A stretch of DNA of 64,000 nucleotides, from sequence record PP534475.1; one strand, 5' to 3'. Both the position numbers and the translations under genes were made by a program. Source of the DNA: Escherichia phage YJin-2024a. Each line of letters begins with the position of its first letter. Position 1 is the first letter of the stretch. The notes below the pieces were generated by a model that ran no database searches, was not told where the DNA came from, and saw nothing but the letters and a program-made list of their open reading frames with translations. Shown in pieces: positions 18,379 to 26,009 of the stretch.

Positions 18379-19140
18379 TTACACCTTCCCCATGTCTTTA
18401 AAAATATCATAGAATGCTTTAGACTCAACAGAACGAACGTTATCAATCAGTTCGATCATTGAGAATGGGGCATTTTCGTATTTCTCATAGACTTCCATAA
18501 GGAGTGCTAGACCTGAGTCACCTTTAATGTCTTTCTGAGCTATATCTCCGCAGATAATTAAACGGCAGTCTTGTCCTACACGAGTTAGGAGACAAATCAT
18601 TGCCTCAACGGAAATATTCTGAGCTTCATCGACAATTACATAGGAGTTGTTGAAAGTTCTGCCACGAGCATGTTCGATAGCCAAAAATTTAATTTTCTGA
18701 CGTTCGACATATCCCTTATAGGCATGATCGCCGATGGCCCATTTCATACCATCAGCTATTGGCTCCAACCAAGGCTCTAGCTTTTCTGCTAGATCACCAG
18801 GAAGCATACCAAGAGACTTACCTAGAGGTTCATTAGGACGTACGAGAATCACCTGCTCAATATCTGAGTGAATGTCTACGAGTTCCTGAGCTGCAAGAAC
18901 GGACGGAATAAAGGTTTTACCAGTACCTGGCTCACCGATACCCACAGTCACTGTGTTGTTCTTGATCATATTGATATATGATTTTTGCTCGCGGTTTTTA
19001 CCTACTAGGGATTTAGCAACTGGGTTAGCGTAATCATTAGAAAAATCAGCCTGAATTACGTTATTCTCATATTTGTTGCCACGCTTTCTTGAACCATTGC
19101 GGTTCTCTCTTTTTTGACGTGCTTTTCCCATAAATAACAC
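18379..19140 (-). CDS. phoH: PhoH-like ATPase
   Basis: Walker A GEPGTGKTF and Walker B VIVDEAQN. Confidence 0.85.
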   Translation of the reverse strand: MLFMGKARQKRENRNGSRKRGNKYENNVIQADFSNDYANPVAKSLVGKNREQKSYINMIKNNTVTVGIGEPGTGKTFIPSVLAAQELVDIHSDIEQVILVRPNEPLGKSLGMLPGDLAEKLEPWLEPIADGMKWAIGDHAYKGYVERQKIKFLAIEHARGRTFNNSYVIVDEAQNISVEAMICLLTRVGQDCRLIICGDIAQKDIKGDSGLALLMEVYEKYENAPFSMIELIDNVRSVESKAFYDIFKDMGKV

Positions 19141-19408
19141 TCCTATAGTGTACTTCGCTTCTAACAGAGGATCAACAAAGAGATCTTGTTTATCAACTTA
19201 CAAATACATTATAACAAGGTTTACAGCAAAAAGCAAGTATAATTTTAAATAAACCTATGATATTGCTTTTAAATAAAAAATTTACTTGCTTATAAAGGTA
19301 GAAGTATGATACTAGATAATCATTTATTTATATGTAAAGATATTATGCTGTATAGCATCAATAAAAATTGATAAAAATCAAAAGTCAAATAGTATTAGAA
19401 AAATGTAG

Positions 19409-19437
19409 TTGACGTATGGGGTGGAATTATGTATAAT
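19409..19437 (+). promoter_or_regulatory. sigma70 promoter TTGACG-17-TATAAT
   Basis: Near-consensus hexamers 22 nt upstream of ATG 19459 with AGGAG RBS. Confidence 0.65.
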
Positions 19438-19458
19438 ATGTAAATTAAGGAGAATTTA

Positions 19459-20130
19459 ATGGTAAGAAAGAGAATAACTACAGAAGATGTGAACTTAGCA
19501 CTTGCTCCTAGAGGAATAGTTATGCTAAGCACGTATATATCAGCTAAATCCAACGCTATATTTAAGTGCTCTAATGGGCATAGTTGGGAGGCTAGAGTAG
19601 ATAATGTAAAAGGTGGTAGAGGTTGCCCTTATTGTGCTAGCCGTACTTTGGATCTTAAAGAAGTAAATGAATCTTTAGCTGCCCGTGGAATAAAGATGGA
19701 AGGTAAATACATCAATTCCAAGAGTAAAATCATGTTTAGCTGTGAGAATGATCATAGGTGGGAGTCTACACTTGATAGTGTTAGGAATCATAATTCTGGC
19801 TGTCCTATATGTTTATTAGAGAAGGATAATTACCCTACTAACGTATATATTTTAGTAAGTAATATGGGAACCAAAATAGGGGTATCTAGCAGAACTAAAG
19901 ATAGACTCAGAGATATTAAAACTTCTTCTAACATACATGATTTAAAAATATTTAAGGAGTATAGCTTTTCAGATAGATCAAAAGCTATGCGTATTGAGAA
20001 AGAAACCCATTTACAGTTTAAGGAATATAATTGTCAATATAAAGATTTTGATGGTGCTACAGAATTTTTTAGTATTGAGCCAGAAGTAGTAGCAAGGTTT
20101 ATTGAGGAAATAATTAATGAACAAAGATGA
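19459..20130 (+). CDS. T5orf172/GIY-YIG-like protein with tandem N-terminal zinc ribbons (homing-endonuclease-like)
   Basis: Two KC.NGH.WE...CP.C repeats; NVYILVSNMGTKIGVSSRTKDRLRD resembles the T5orf172 core. Confidence 0.55.
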   Translation: MVRKRITTEDVNLALAPRGIVMLSTYISAKSNAIFKCSNGHSWEARVDNVKGGRGCPYCASRTLDLKEVNESLAARGIKMEGKYINSKSKIMFSCENDHRWESTLDSVRNHNSGCPICLLEKDNYPTNVYILVSNMGTKIGVSSRTKDRLRDIKTSSNIHDLKIFKEYSFSDRSKAMRIEKETHLQFKEYNCQYKDFDGATEFFSIEPEVVARFIEEIINEQR

Positions 20131-21964
20131 ATTGATTAGAAATTGTAAGGAAATTATTGAGGGATCTGCCAATGAAGAGTTACTTTTTAATAACGCGAAC
20201 AAACCGAGTGAACGTTTCCCTACACAAAGGGATATGCTTGCAGGTGAATTGAGTAAGTATCTGATTCTAGAAGAAATGCCAATTCAGATTCGAAATGCTC
20301 ATATGATTGGGGATATTCATTTCCATGATGCTGATTATGCTGCATTAGGCATGACTAACTGTTGTCTGGTAGCTCTGGAAGATATGCTGAAGAATGGTAT
20401 GAAGGTTGGTAATGCTGAAATTAGCACTCCAAACTCTATCACTACTGCGGCGGCTATTACTGCTCAGATTATCACTCAGGTTAGCTCTCATCAGTATGGT
20501 GGTACTTCTGTAGATCGCCTTGATGAAGTATTAGCCCCTTATGTTCGTAAATCCTATGACAAAAATCATGCGTTTGCAAAACGTTGGACTAAGGATGAAG
20601 CCAAAGCATCAGTAATGGCTACGGAGATGACTGAAAAGGAAGTCTATGATGCCTGTCAGGGTCTAGAGTATGAAATCAATACGATGTTCAACTCTAACGG
20701 TCAGAGTCCATTTATTACCTTTGGTTTTGGTCTAGGAACTTCTTGGGAAGCACGTCTAGTACAGAAAGCAATACTGAAAGTACGCATGGATGGTTTAGGT
20801 ATCAATAAACGTACAGCTATCTTCCCGAAACTGGTATTTGTACTTCGTGATGGCGTAAATATGAAACCAGGAGATGTTAATTATGACATCAAGAAGTTAG
20901 CTATGAAATGTACTGCTGAACGTATGTATCCAGATTATATCAGCTATGACAAGGTTGTAGAAGTTACTGGAGACTACAAAGTTTCTATGGGCTGTCGTTC
21001 ATTCCTAGCTGCTACAGAAGATGGTGAAACTGCCGGTCGTAATAACTTAGGTGTTGTTTCTGTAAACTTGCCTAGAATTGCTATCGAAGCTGAGGGAAAT
21101 ATTGACCTATTCTTTGATTTGCTTGAGCTACGTGTGGATACAGCATTAAAAGCGTTGGAATGGAGAGTTGATCGCTTAAAATACATTCAAGCTAAAGCTG
21201 CACCTATCCTCTATATGTCAGGAGCCTTTGGGTTACGCTTGGGGCCTGATGAATATGTATTCGATCATTTCTATAACCGTGCTTCTGTATCTCTAGGGTA
21301 TATTGGTTGCCATGAAATGCTACAGTTCATGTTTGGCAAAGATGTAGATACAATGTCCGAGACCTGCATCAAGTTTGTTCAGCGTGTATTGCAGTACATG
21401 CGGGATAGAGTAGATCAGAAGAAGGAAGAAACTAAATTAGGTTATAGCCTGTATGCTACACCATCAGAATCCCTATGTGACCGTTTTTGTCGTCTAGACC
21501 GTGAATATTTCCCGGAGCATGAAGATATTTTATCCAAAGGATACTACACTAACTCTCACCACCTTGATGTGGAACGTAAAGTTGCTCCTAACGTGAAATT
21601 TGATTATGAATCTAACTTTACTCCGATTGCTTCTGGTGGGTGTATTTCCTATGTAGAACTACCGGATATGAAACGATTCCCAGATGCACTGGAATGGGTT
21701 ATTAATTATGCTGCTAGTAAGGTTCATTACTTCGGTATTAATACTCCAGTGGATTCTTGTGGTAAATGTGGATTCTTAGGTGAAACAATAGCATCCGAAG
21801 ATGGATTTAAGTGCCCTATCTGTGGTAATCATGACCCCGAAACTCTTGAAGTAACTCGTCGAGTTTGTGGGTATCTTGGAAATCCGGGTGCTCGTCCATT
21901 TAACCCTGGCAAACAGCACGAGGTGATGGGCAGAGTGAAGCATCAGGATATTCGAGCTAAGTAA
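20117..21964 (+). CDS. nrdD: anaerobic ribonucleoside-triphosphate reductase (class III)
   Basis: C-terminal glycyl-radical motif RVCGYLG preceded by CGKCG..CPICG zinc site, 615 aa. Confidence 0.9.
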   Translation: MNKDELIRNCKEIIEGSANEELLFNNANKPSERFPTQRDMLAGELSKYLILEEMPIQIRNAHMIGDIHFHDADYAALGMTNCCLVALEDMLKNGMKVGNAEISTPNSITTAAAITAQIITQVSSHQYGGTSVDRLDEVLAPYVRKSYDKNHAFAKRWTKDEAKASVMATEMTEKEVYDACQGLEYEINTMFNSNGQSPFITFGFGLGTSWEARLVQKAILKVRMDGLGINKRTAIFPKLVFVLRDGVNMKPGDVNYDIKKLAMKCTAERMYPDYISYDKVVEVTGDYKVSMGCRSFLAATEDGETAGRNNLGVVSVNLPRIAIEAEGNIDLFFDLLELRVDTALKALEWRVDRLKYIQAKAAPILYMSGAFGLRLGPDEYVFDHFYNRASVSLGYIGCHEMLQFMFGKDVDTMSETCIKFVQRVLQYMRDRVDQKKEETKLGYSLYATPSESLCDRFCRLDREYFPEHEDILSKGYYTNSHHLDVERKVAPNVKFDYESNFTPIASGGCISYVELPDMKRFPDALEWVINYAASKVHYFGINTPVDSCGKCGFLGETIASEDGFKCPICGNHDPETLEVTRRVCGYLGNPGARPFNPGKQHEVMGRVKHQDIRAK

Positions 21965-21971
21965 GCTAATC

Positions 21972-22008
21972 AGCCGGGTTGCTAGTCGACCTGGCTTTTA
22001 TTTTATTT
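21972..22008 (+). terminator. intrinsic terminator after nrdD
   Basis: 8-bp hairpin then TTTTATTTTATTT; overlaps the -35 of the next promoter. Confidence 0.55.
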
Positions 22009-22035
22009 GCTTTCAGCCAAAAATTTATATATAAT
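22007..22035 (+). promoter_or_regulatory. T5-type early promoter TTGCTT-17-TATAAT
   Basis: Followed by conserved ATAAATTTGAGAGGAG leader and ATG 22064. Confidence 0.65.
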
Positions 22036-22063
22036 AGACTTATAAATTTGAGAGGAGAAAGCT

Positions 22064-22345
22064 ATGAGCGAATTGCTTCCTAAAGTAGATGTCTCCCATC
22101 TTGGAGAGCCTAGTGAAGAACGTAAGGCCCTAGATTGGTTGGGCGGATTTGATTATCGTCGTGTTGTTGCAACATGGAATGATAAGAAAGTTAAGAAGTT
22201 TCGGGTACATTATGTAGGTAAAGACAAGTGGCTCTGGATTGATTATGAAGAATCGAAGGGGTCTACTAAGGCTGTGAAAATTTATCGTATGTATGGGTAT
22301 TATTATGCTCACTGTGATAAGAATGAATTTACAGTACAGAACTAA
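22064..22345 (+). CDS. hypothetical protein
   Basis: 93-aa ORF directly after the promoter. Confidence 0.45.
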   Translation: MSELLPKVDVSHLGEPSEERKALDWLGGFDYRRVVATWNDKKVKKFRVHYVGKDKWLWIDYEESKGSTKAVKIYRMYGYYYAHCDKNEFTVQN

Positions 22346-22354
22346 GGAACAAGA

Positions 22355-22558
22355 ATGAAAAACGTAAAACATCTTAAATATCGCTTAATTTACAACGGAC
22401 GTATGGAAACAGAAGATCTGGCCCAGTTAGCTATTAATTCTAATGAGGTTACAGTGCGTGCGCTGGCAATTGAAAAGTTGCGTGCCTCCTATGAAAATCG
22501 TGTTATGGAACTAGAGGAGAAACTTTATGGCATTCTCGAAGCCGATGCTACCAGATAA
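22355..22558 (+). CDS. hypothetical protein
   Basis: 67-aa ORF. Confidence 0.4.
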   Translation: MKNVKHLKYRLIYNGRMETEDLAQLAINSNEVTVRALAIEKLRASYENRVMELEEKLYGILEADATR

Positions 22559-22748
22559 GGGTTTAAACGCCGCTTTGGAAAACGCATTAATGCAACACTG
22601 GGAAACTGGCTATAGGGATGGTGTTGAATCCTGCGCTACTATGCTAGAAGTTATTGCTAATACCTTAATGGAGAAAGGCAATAAAGAATTAGCTGAGCTA
22701 TTAGACAGTATTGGGCAAAACTTCAGAGAACAGGTGAAAAATGCGTAG
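22527..22748 (+). CDS. hypothetical protein
   Basis: 73-aa ORF overlapping both neighbours. Confidence 0.4.
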   Translation: MAFSKPMLPDKGLNAALENALMQHWETGYRDGVESCATMLEVIANTLMEKGNKELAELLDSIGQNFREQVKNA

Positions 22749-23556
22749 ATTAATTATTATTAGTGGTGCAGGTTTGAGTGTTGAAAGTGGTGTACGAGCT
22801 TTTCGTACTGATACTGCTAGTGGTAAAGCATTGTGGGATGATTATGATCTAGAAGAAGTATGTAATATTCATGCCTTTCGTGGTAATTTTTATCATAAAA
22901 CTCATATGTTTTACAACAAGCGTCGTGAAGAGCTAAAAACTGTTGAACCCAATCTTGCACATTTGCGTATTGGTGAATGGTATAAACAATATCCAGGTCA
23001 AATAGTAAACTTGACTACCAACGTTGATGACCTTATTGAGCGTGCTGGCGTTCCACATAGTGACATTCTGCACATTCACGGATATTTAAAAGAGGTTGTT
23101 GTAGCTGATAGCTACAATAGTAGCAATAAACGGATTATTGATGTAGGATACAATTCTATTGATCCAGATGATTATAAATGGGTTAAACCTAATGTAATCT
23201 TCTTTGGAGAGCATGCTCCTGCATATGCAGAAATGTACAATGTTTTTGATGGTATTACCAGTCAAGATATGATAGTTGTGGTTGGTTGTTCTAACCAAGT
23301 AATTAACTTCTACTGGGAATTATTTCCTGTTCTTAATTTGACTGCTGCGAAACTTATGGTTGTTAACTACTATGATAGTGCCCTAGCGGCGGAACCGGAC
23401 TATCAAGGTATGACTCGTAGTGAGATGTACCAGCTGGAAGAACGCGGTGTCCCTTACTGGAGTAAAGGTGCGGTAGATGCTTTCAGTGATCCTGATTTTA
23501 TTGCTCGTGTGGAAGCTCATTTAGAGGGTAGACCTTATGTGTCAGGAAATAAGTAA
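22741..23556 (+). CDS. Sir2 (sirtuin-fold) protein lacking the zinc-ribbon module
   Basis: SGAGLSVESGVRAFR, TTNVDDLIERAG, HIHGY, NVIFFGE, VVVGCS match sirtuin Rossmann-fold motifs; no CxxC pairs. Confidence 0.65.
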   Translation: MRRLIIISGAGLSVESGVRAFRTDTASGKALWDDYDLEEVCNIHAFRGNFYHKTHMFYNKRREELKTVEPNLAHLRIGEWYKQYPGQIVNLTTNVDDLIERAGVPHSDILHIHGYLKEVVVADSYNSSNKRIIDVGYNSIDPDDYKWVKPNVIFFGEHAPAYAEMYNVFDGITSQDMIVVVGCSNQVINFYWELFPVLNLTAAKLMVVNYYDSALAAEPDYQGMTRSEMYQLEERGVPYWSKGAVDAFSDPDFIARVEAHLEGRPYVSGNK

Positions 23557-24049
23557 TACTCCAATTATTTTTCTGGACATTGATGGGGTGCTCAATTCGA
23601 GCATCTCCCACCATCATGCACCTGATGATGAAAAGATTTTCTTTGGGAGTGACTGGGTTTTCAAACCGCTTCTCAAGGCTTTTCAAGATTTTATTCGTCC
23701 TTCCTCGATAATGATTGTTGGGGTATCCTCATGGTTCTCTGTCAGGAATGAGATGGAGAACGTTCAGATTATGACCGGATTAGGTCTTATCGATCGTTTT
23801 CTTGGTACAACGGATTTTACTGGTGGTGGATTATCTAGGGGTAATTCTGTTCTTCGCTTCGTTGAAAAGCATAAGCTCAAACATTGGTGTGTGCTGGATG
23901 ATGCCGGTGCTATGATGTATCAGTATCCAACGGTTATAGTCAATGGTAGGACTGGGATAAATCTTCAAGATTTAAAAGCTGTTAGCTATATGCTAGAATT
24001 TAGCCCAGATCTTGAAATGTGTAAATCCTTGCAACAATTTAAGGTGTAA
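23537..24049 (+). CDS. HAD-superfamily phosphatase
   Basis: Motif I FLDIDGVL and motif IV VLDDAG; overlaps the Sir2-like gene by 20 nt. Confidence 0.55.
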   Translation: MCQEISNTPIIFLDIDGVLNSSISHHHAPDDEKIFFGSDWVFKPLLKAFQDFIRPSSIMIVGVSSWFSVRNEMENVQIMTGLGLIDRFLGTTDFTGGGLSRGNSVLRFVEKHKLKHWCVLDDAGAMMYQYPTVIVNGRTGINLQDLKAVSYMLEFSPDLEMCKSLQQFKV

Positions 24050-24051
24050 AT

Positions 24052-24480
24052 ATGTTCAATAATGTATTCTCTAAAGAAGCTAACCCAATTTTGGTTAACT
24101 TTTGGCGTACTCTCCCAGCTAGCCTGTATAATGAGGCTATTAACTCTTTGAAAATATGGTGTGAGAATAACGAAATCTCCTTTGCTTTTAAAGATGATAT
24201 TGATGAGGCTCCCTGTATTGGTTTAATTGTGCAGGTAGAGGAGGGTCTTGAAGAGATTGTGGGCTGGAAAGAGTTAGACGAAATGGGCTTAGTTTTTGCG
24301 TTAAACTATAAGTTGTTTATGCCCAACAAACACCGTATTGCTATTAATTATAAAACTAGTGAATCTCCTGGTTTTCAGGTTAATGAACGTTACGGTTGGT
24401 CTTACTCACCAGAAGAAGTGAATGATGGCATCCAAAAACTTCGCCGTTTTGGTTATCAAATTCCGGGTTTAACTGCCTAA
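24052..24480 (+). CDS. hypothetical protein, paralog A of a tandem pair
   Basis: Shares with the next ORF the pattern D.PC.G......G.E...W.EL..MGL..ALN..LF.P......I...PGL. Confidence 0.5.
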   Translation: MFNNVFSKEANPILVNFWRTLPASLYNEAINSLKIWCENNEISFAFKDDIDEAPCIGLIVQVEEGLEEIVGWKELDEMGLVFALNYKLFMPNKHRIAINYKTSESPGFQVNERYGWSYSPEEVNDGIQKLRRFGYQIPGLTA

Positions 24481-24489
24481 GGAGGCAGG

Positions 24490-24879
24490 ATGGAACAAGT
24501 ATATTGGCGTCAGATTGACCCTAGTTTGGTGAAACGTGCGGAGAAGCTGCTACAACGTTGGTTGGGGGTAAGGCAAGCCTCCTTCACTTTTCCTGAGCAG
24601 CAAACAGATGATCCCTGTGTTGGTGTTTTCCTATCCGGCTACGCGGGGGAATGGGAATTAGATTGGAATGAATTGTCTGCTATGGGCTTGATTGTTGCCC
24701 TAAACTTCTCTTTGTTCCATCCACGTGGTTTGGCCATATGTCGTGTGCCGGATGACGGTTGTTCGCCCCATCTTTTACAGGTGGAAGATGATATTTGGGA
24801 GTACACTCCAGATATTCTCAAAGAAGCTAAAGAACAATTAAACCGTGTTGGGATCTATGTTCCGGGATTAAATGACTAA
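24490..24879 (+). CDS. hypothetical protein, paralog B of a tandem pair
   Basis: Same architecture as 24052-24480; own RBS AAGGAGG. Confidence 0.5.
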   Translation: MEQVYWRQIDPSLVKRAEKLLQRWLGVRQASFTFPEQQTDDPCVGVFLSGYAGEWELDWNELSAMGLIVALNFSLFHPRGLAICRVPDDGCSPHLLQVEDDIWEYTPDILKEAKEQLNRVGIYVPGLND

Positions 24880-24973
24880 TGATTTTTATTAGCTGAACTC
24901 TGATTACCGAGTCATTTTGGCTCGGATTATTACATAATCTTTCCAGTTAATTGACAGTATGAATAAATTGTCA

Positions 24974-25002
24974 TTGACAAATTGGATGGATTATGTAATA
25001 AT
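24974..25002 (+). promoter_or_regulatory. promoter TTGACA-17-AATAAT with TG extension
   Basis: Two TTGACA hexamers (24951, 24974) upstream of the HNH gene. Confidence 0.45.
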
Positions 25003-25021
25003 ATATGTATTGGAGGTAAAG

Positions 25022-25474
25022 ATGTCGCTCACACAACAAGAACTTTTAGATAATTTCCGATATGAAGATGGAAAATTATTTAGAACTACAGGAAGAAATG
25101 CAGGCAAGGAATGTTGTGTTTCAACGGGAAATGGTTATTACCGTATTTCTCTAGGGAGTAGAACTATGCTCCGACACAGAGCTATCTTCTTAATGCATCA
25201 TGGATACTTACCTGATTTGGTAGATCATGAGAACACTATAAAAGGTGATGATCGTATTGAAAATCTTAGGGAGCAGACAGTATCTGGTAATCTAAGAAAT
25301 ATCAAATATAAGAAAGGAATGCATGTTTACCCTTCTGGTAGTAAGAACTGGCAAGTAGTATTTACTATTAACCGTAAACGGATAGTTAAAGGAACATATG
25401 ACAACTATGAGGTTGCATGTTCTATGGCCAAGATGTTTAGAGGCCAATTATATGGTAGGGAATCAATCCAGTAA
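25022..25474 (+). CDS. HNH homing endonuclease
   Basis: HRAIFLMHHGYLPDLVDHENTIKGDDRIENLR is an HNH motif; start moved to MSLTQQ (RBS GGAGG). Confidence 0.6.
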   Translation: MSLTQQELLDNFRYEDGKLFRTTGRNAGKECCVSTGNGYYRISLGSRTMLRHRAIFLMHHGYLPDLVDHENTIKGDDRIENLREQTVSGNLRNIKYKKGMHVYPSGSKNWQVVFTINRKRIVKGTYDNYEVACSMAKMFRGQLYGRESIQ

Positions 25475-25482
25475 AATTTCAT

Positions 25483-25512
25483 TTGCAAGGGAGTATTATT
25501 TTATAGTATAAT
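25483..25512 (+). promoter_or_regulatory. T5-type early promoter TTGCAA-18-TATAAT
   Basis: Followed by CATAAATGAGAGAC leader; transcribes the ORF-poor region 25520-26000. Confidence 0.55.
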
Positions 25513-26009
25513 ATTCCCATAAATGAGAGACATTAGTAAAAATTGATTTTGCTAATTTTTCTTGTTTACAATCCGCGATACGGAACAGTTAGGCTGCCCC
25601 ATTAAGGGTTGTTTTAACTGTTACGTGTTGGTTTTTAAACAAATAGTTAATAGAATACTTAGCGATCTGCGTCCCGTAGGAACCCTGGTAAGGCCTCGAA
25701 GCAACCTAGATAGAGGTGGTTGTGAAGTGAGACGGGAGGAGTGAAAAACTCCGAGACGTGATTCTGTAAGTTATATTGCATCTAGTATGAGCTAGTATAT
25801 GAAGCATTAGGTGAGCAAATCTGGCTTAGCGGCCATCCTCAAGGATTTGTGCGGTATAGCAAAGCAGCAGCGCAGCGTGAAAGTGGAAGTTGCCACCCCA
25901 CTTCAGTATTTGCAATTAATTTGTTGAGAAATTGACAGTAACAGTTGTTCTATTCTCTCTGAATAGTCCTAAAGAAAACTTATTTCATTTCCAACACAGG
26001 AGTATTGTT

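Noticed and set aside
20117-24049. NrdG activase among the ORFs downstream of nrdD
   Set aside because: None of the ORFs at 22064-24049 has a CxxxCxxC radical-SAM cluster; 22741-23556 matches Sir2 motifs and 23537-24049 matches HAD motifs instead
25562-25744. 60-aa ORF in the untranslated leader upstream of the primase-helicase gene
   Set aside because: TTG start, no RBS, Cys/Arg-rich improbable product; region treated as candidate structured RNA instead
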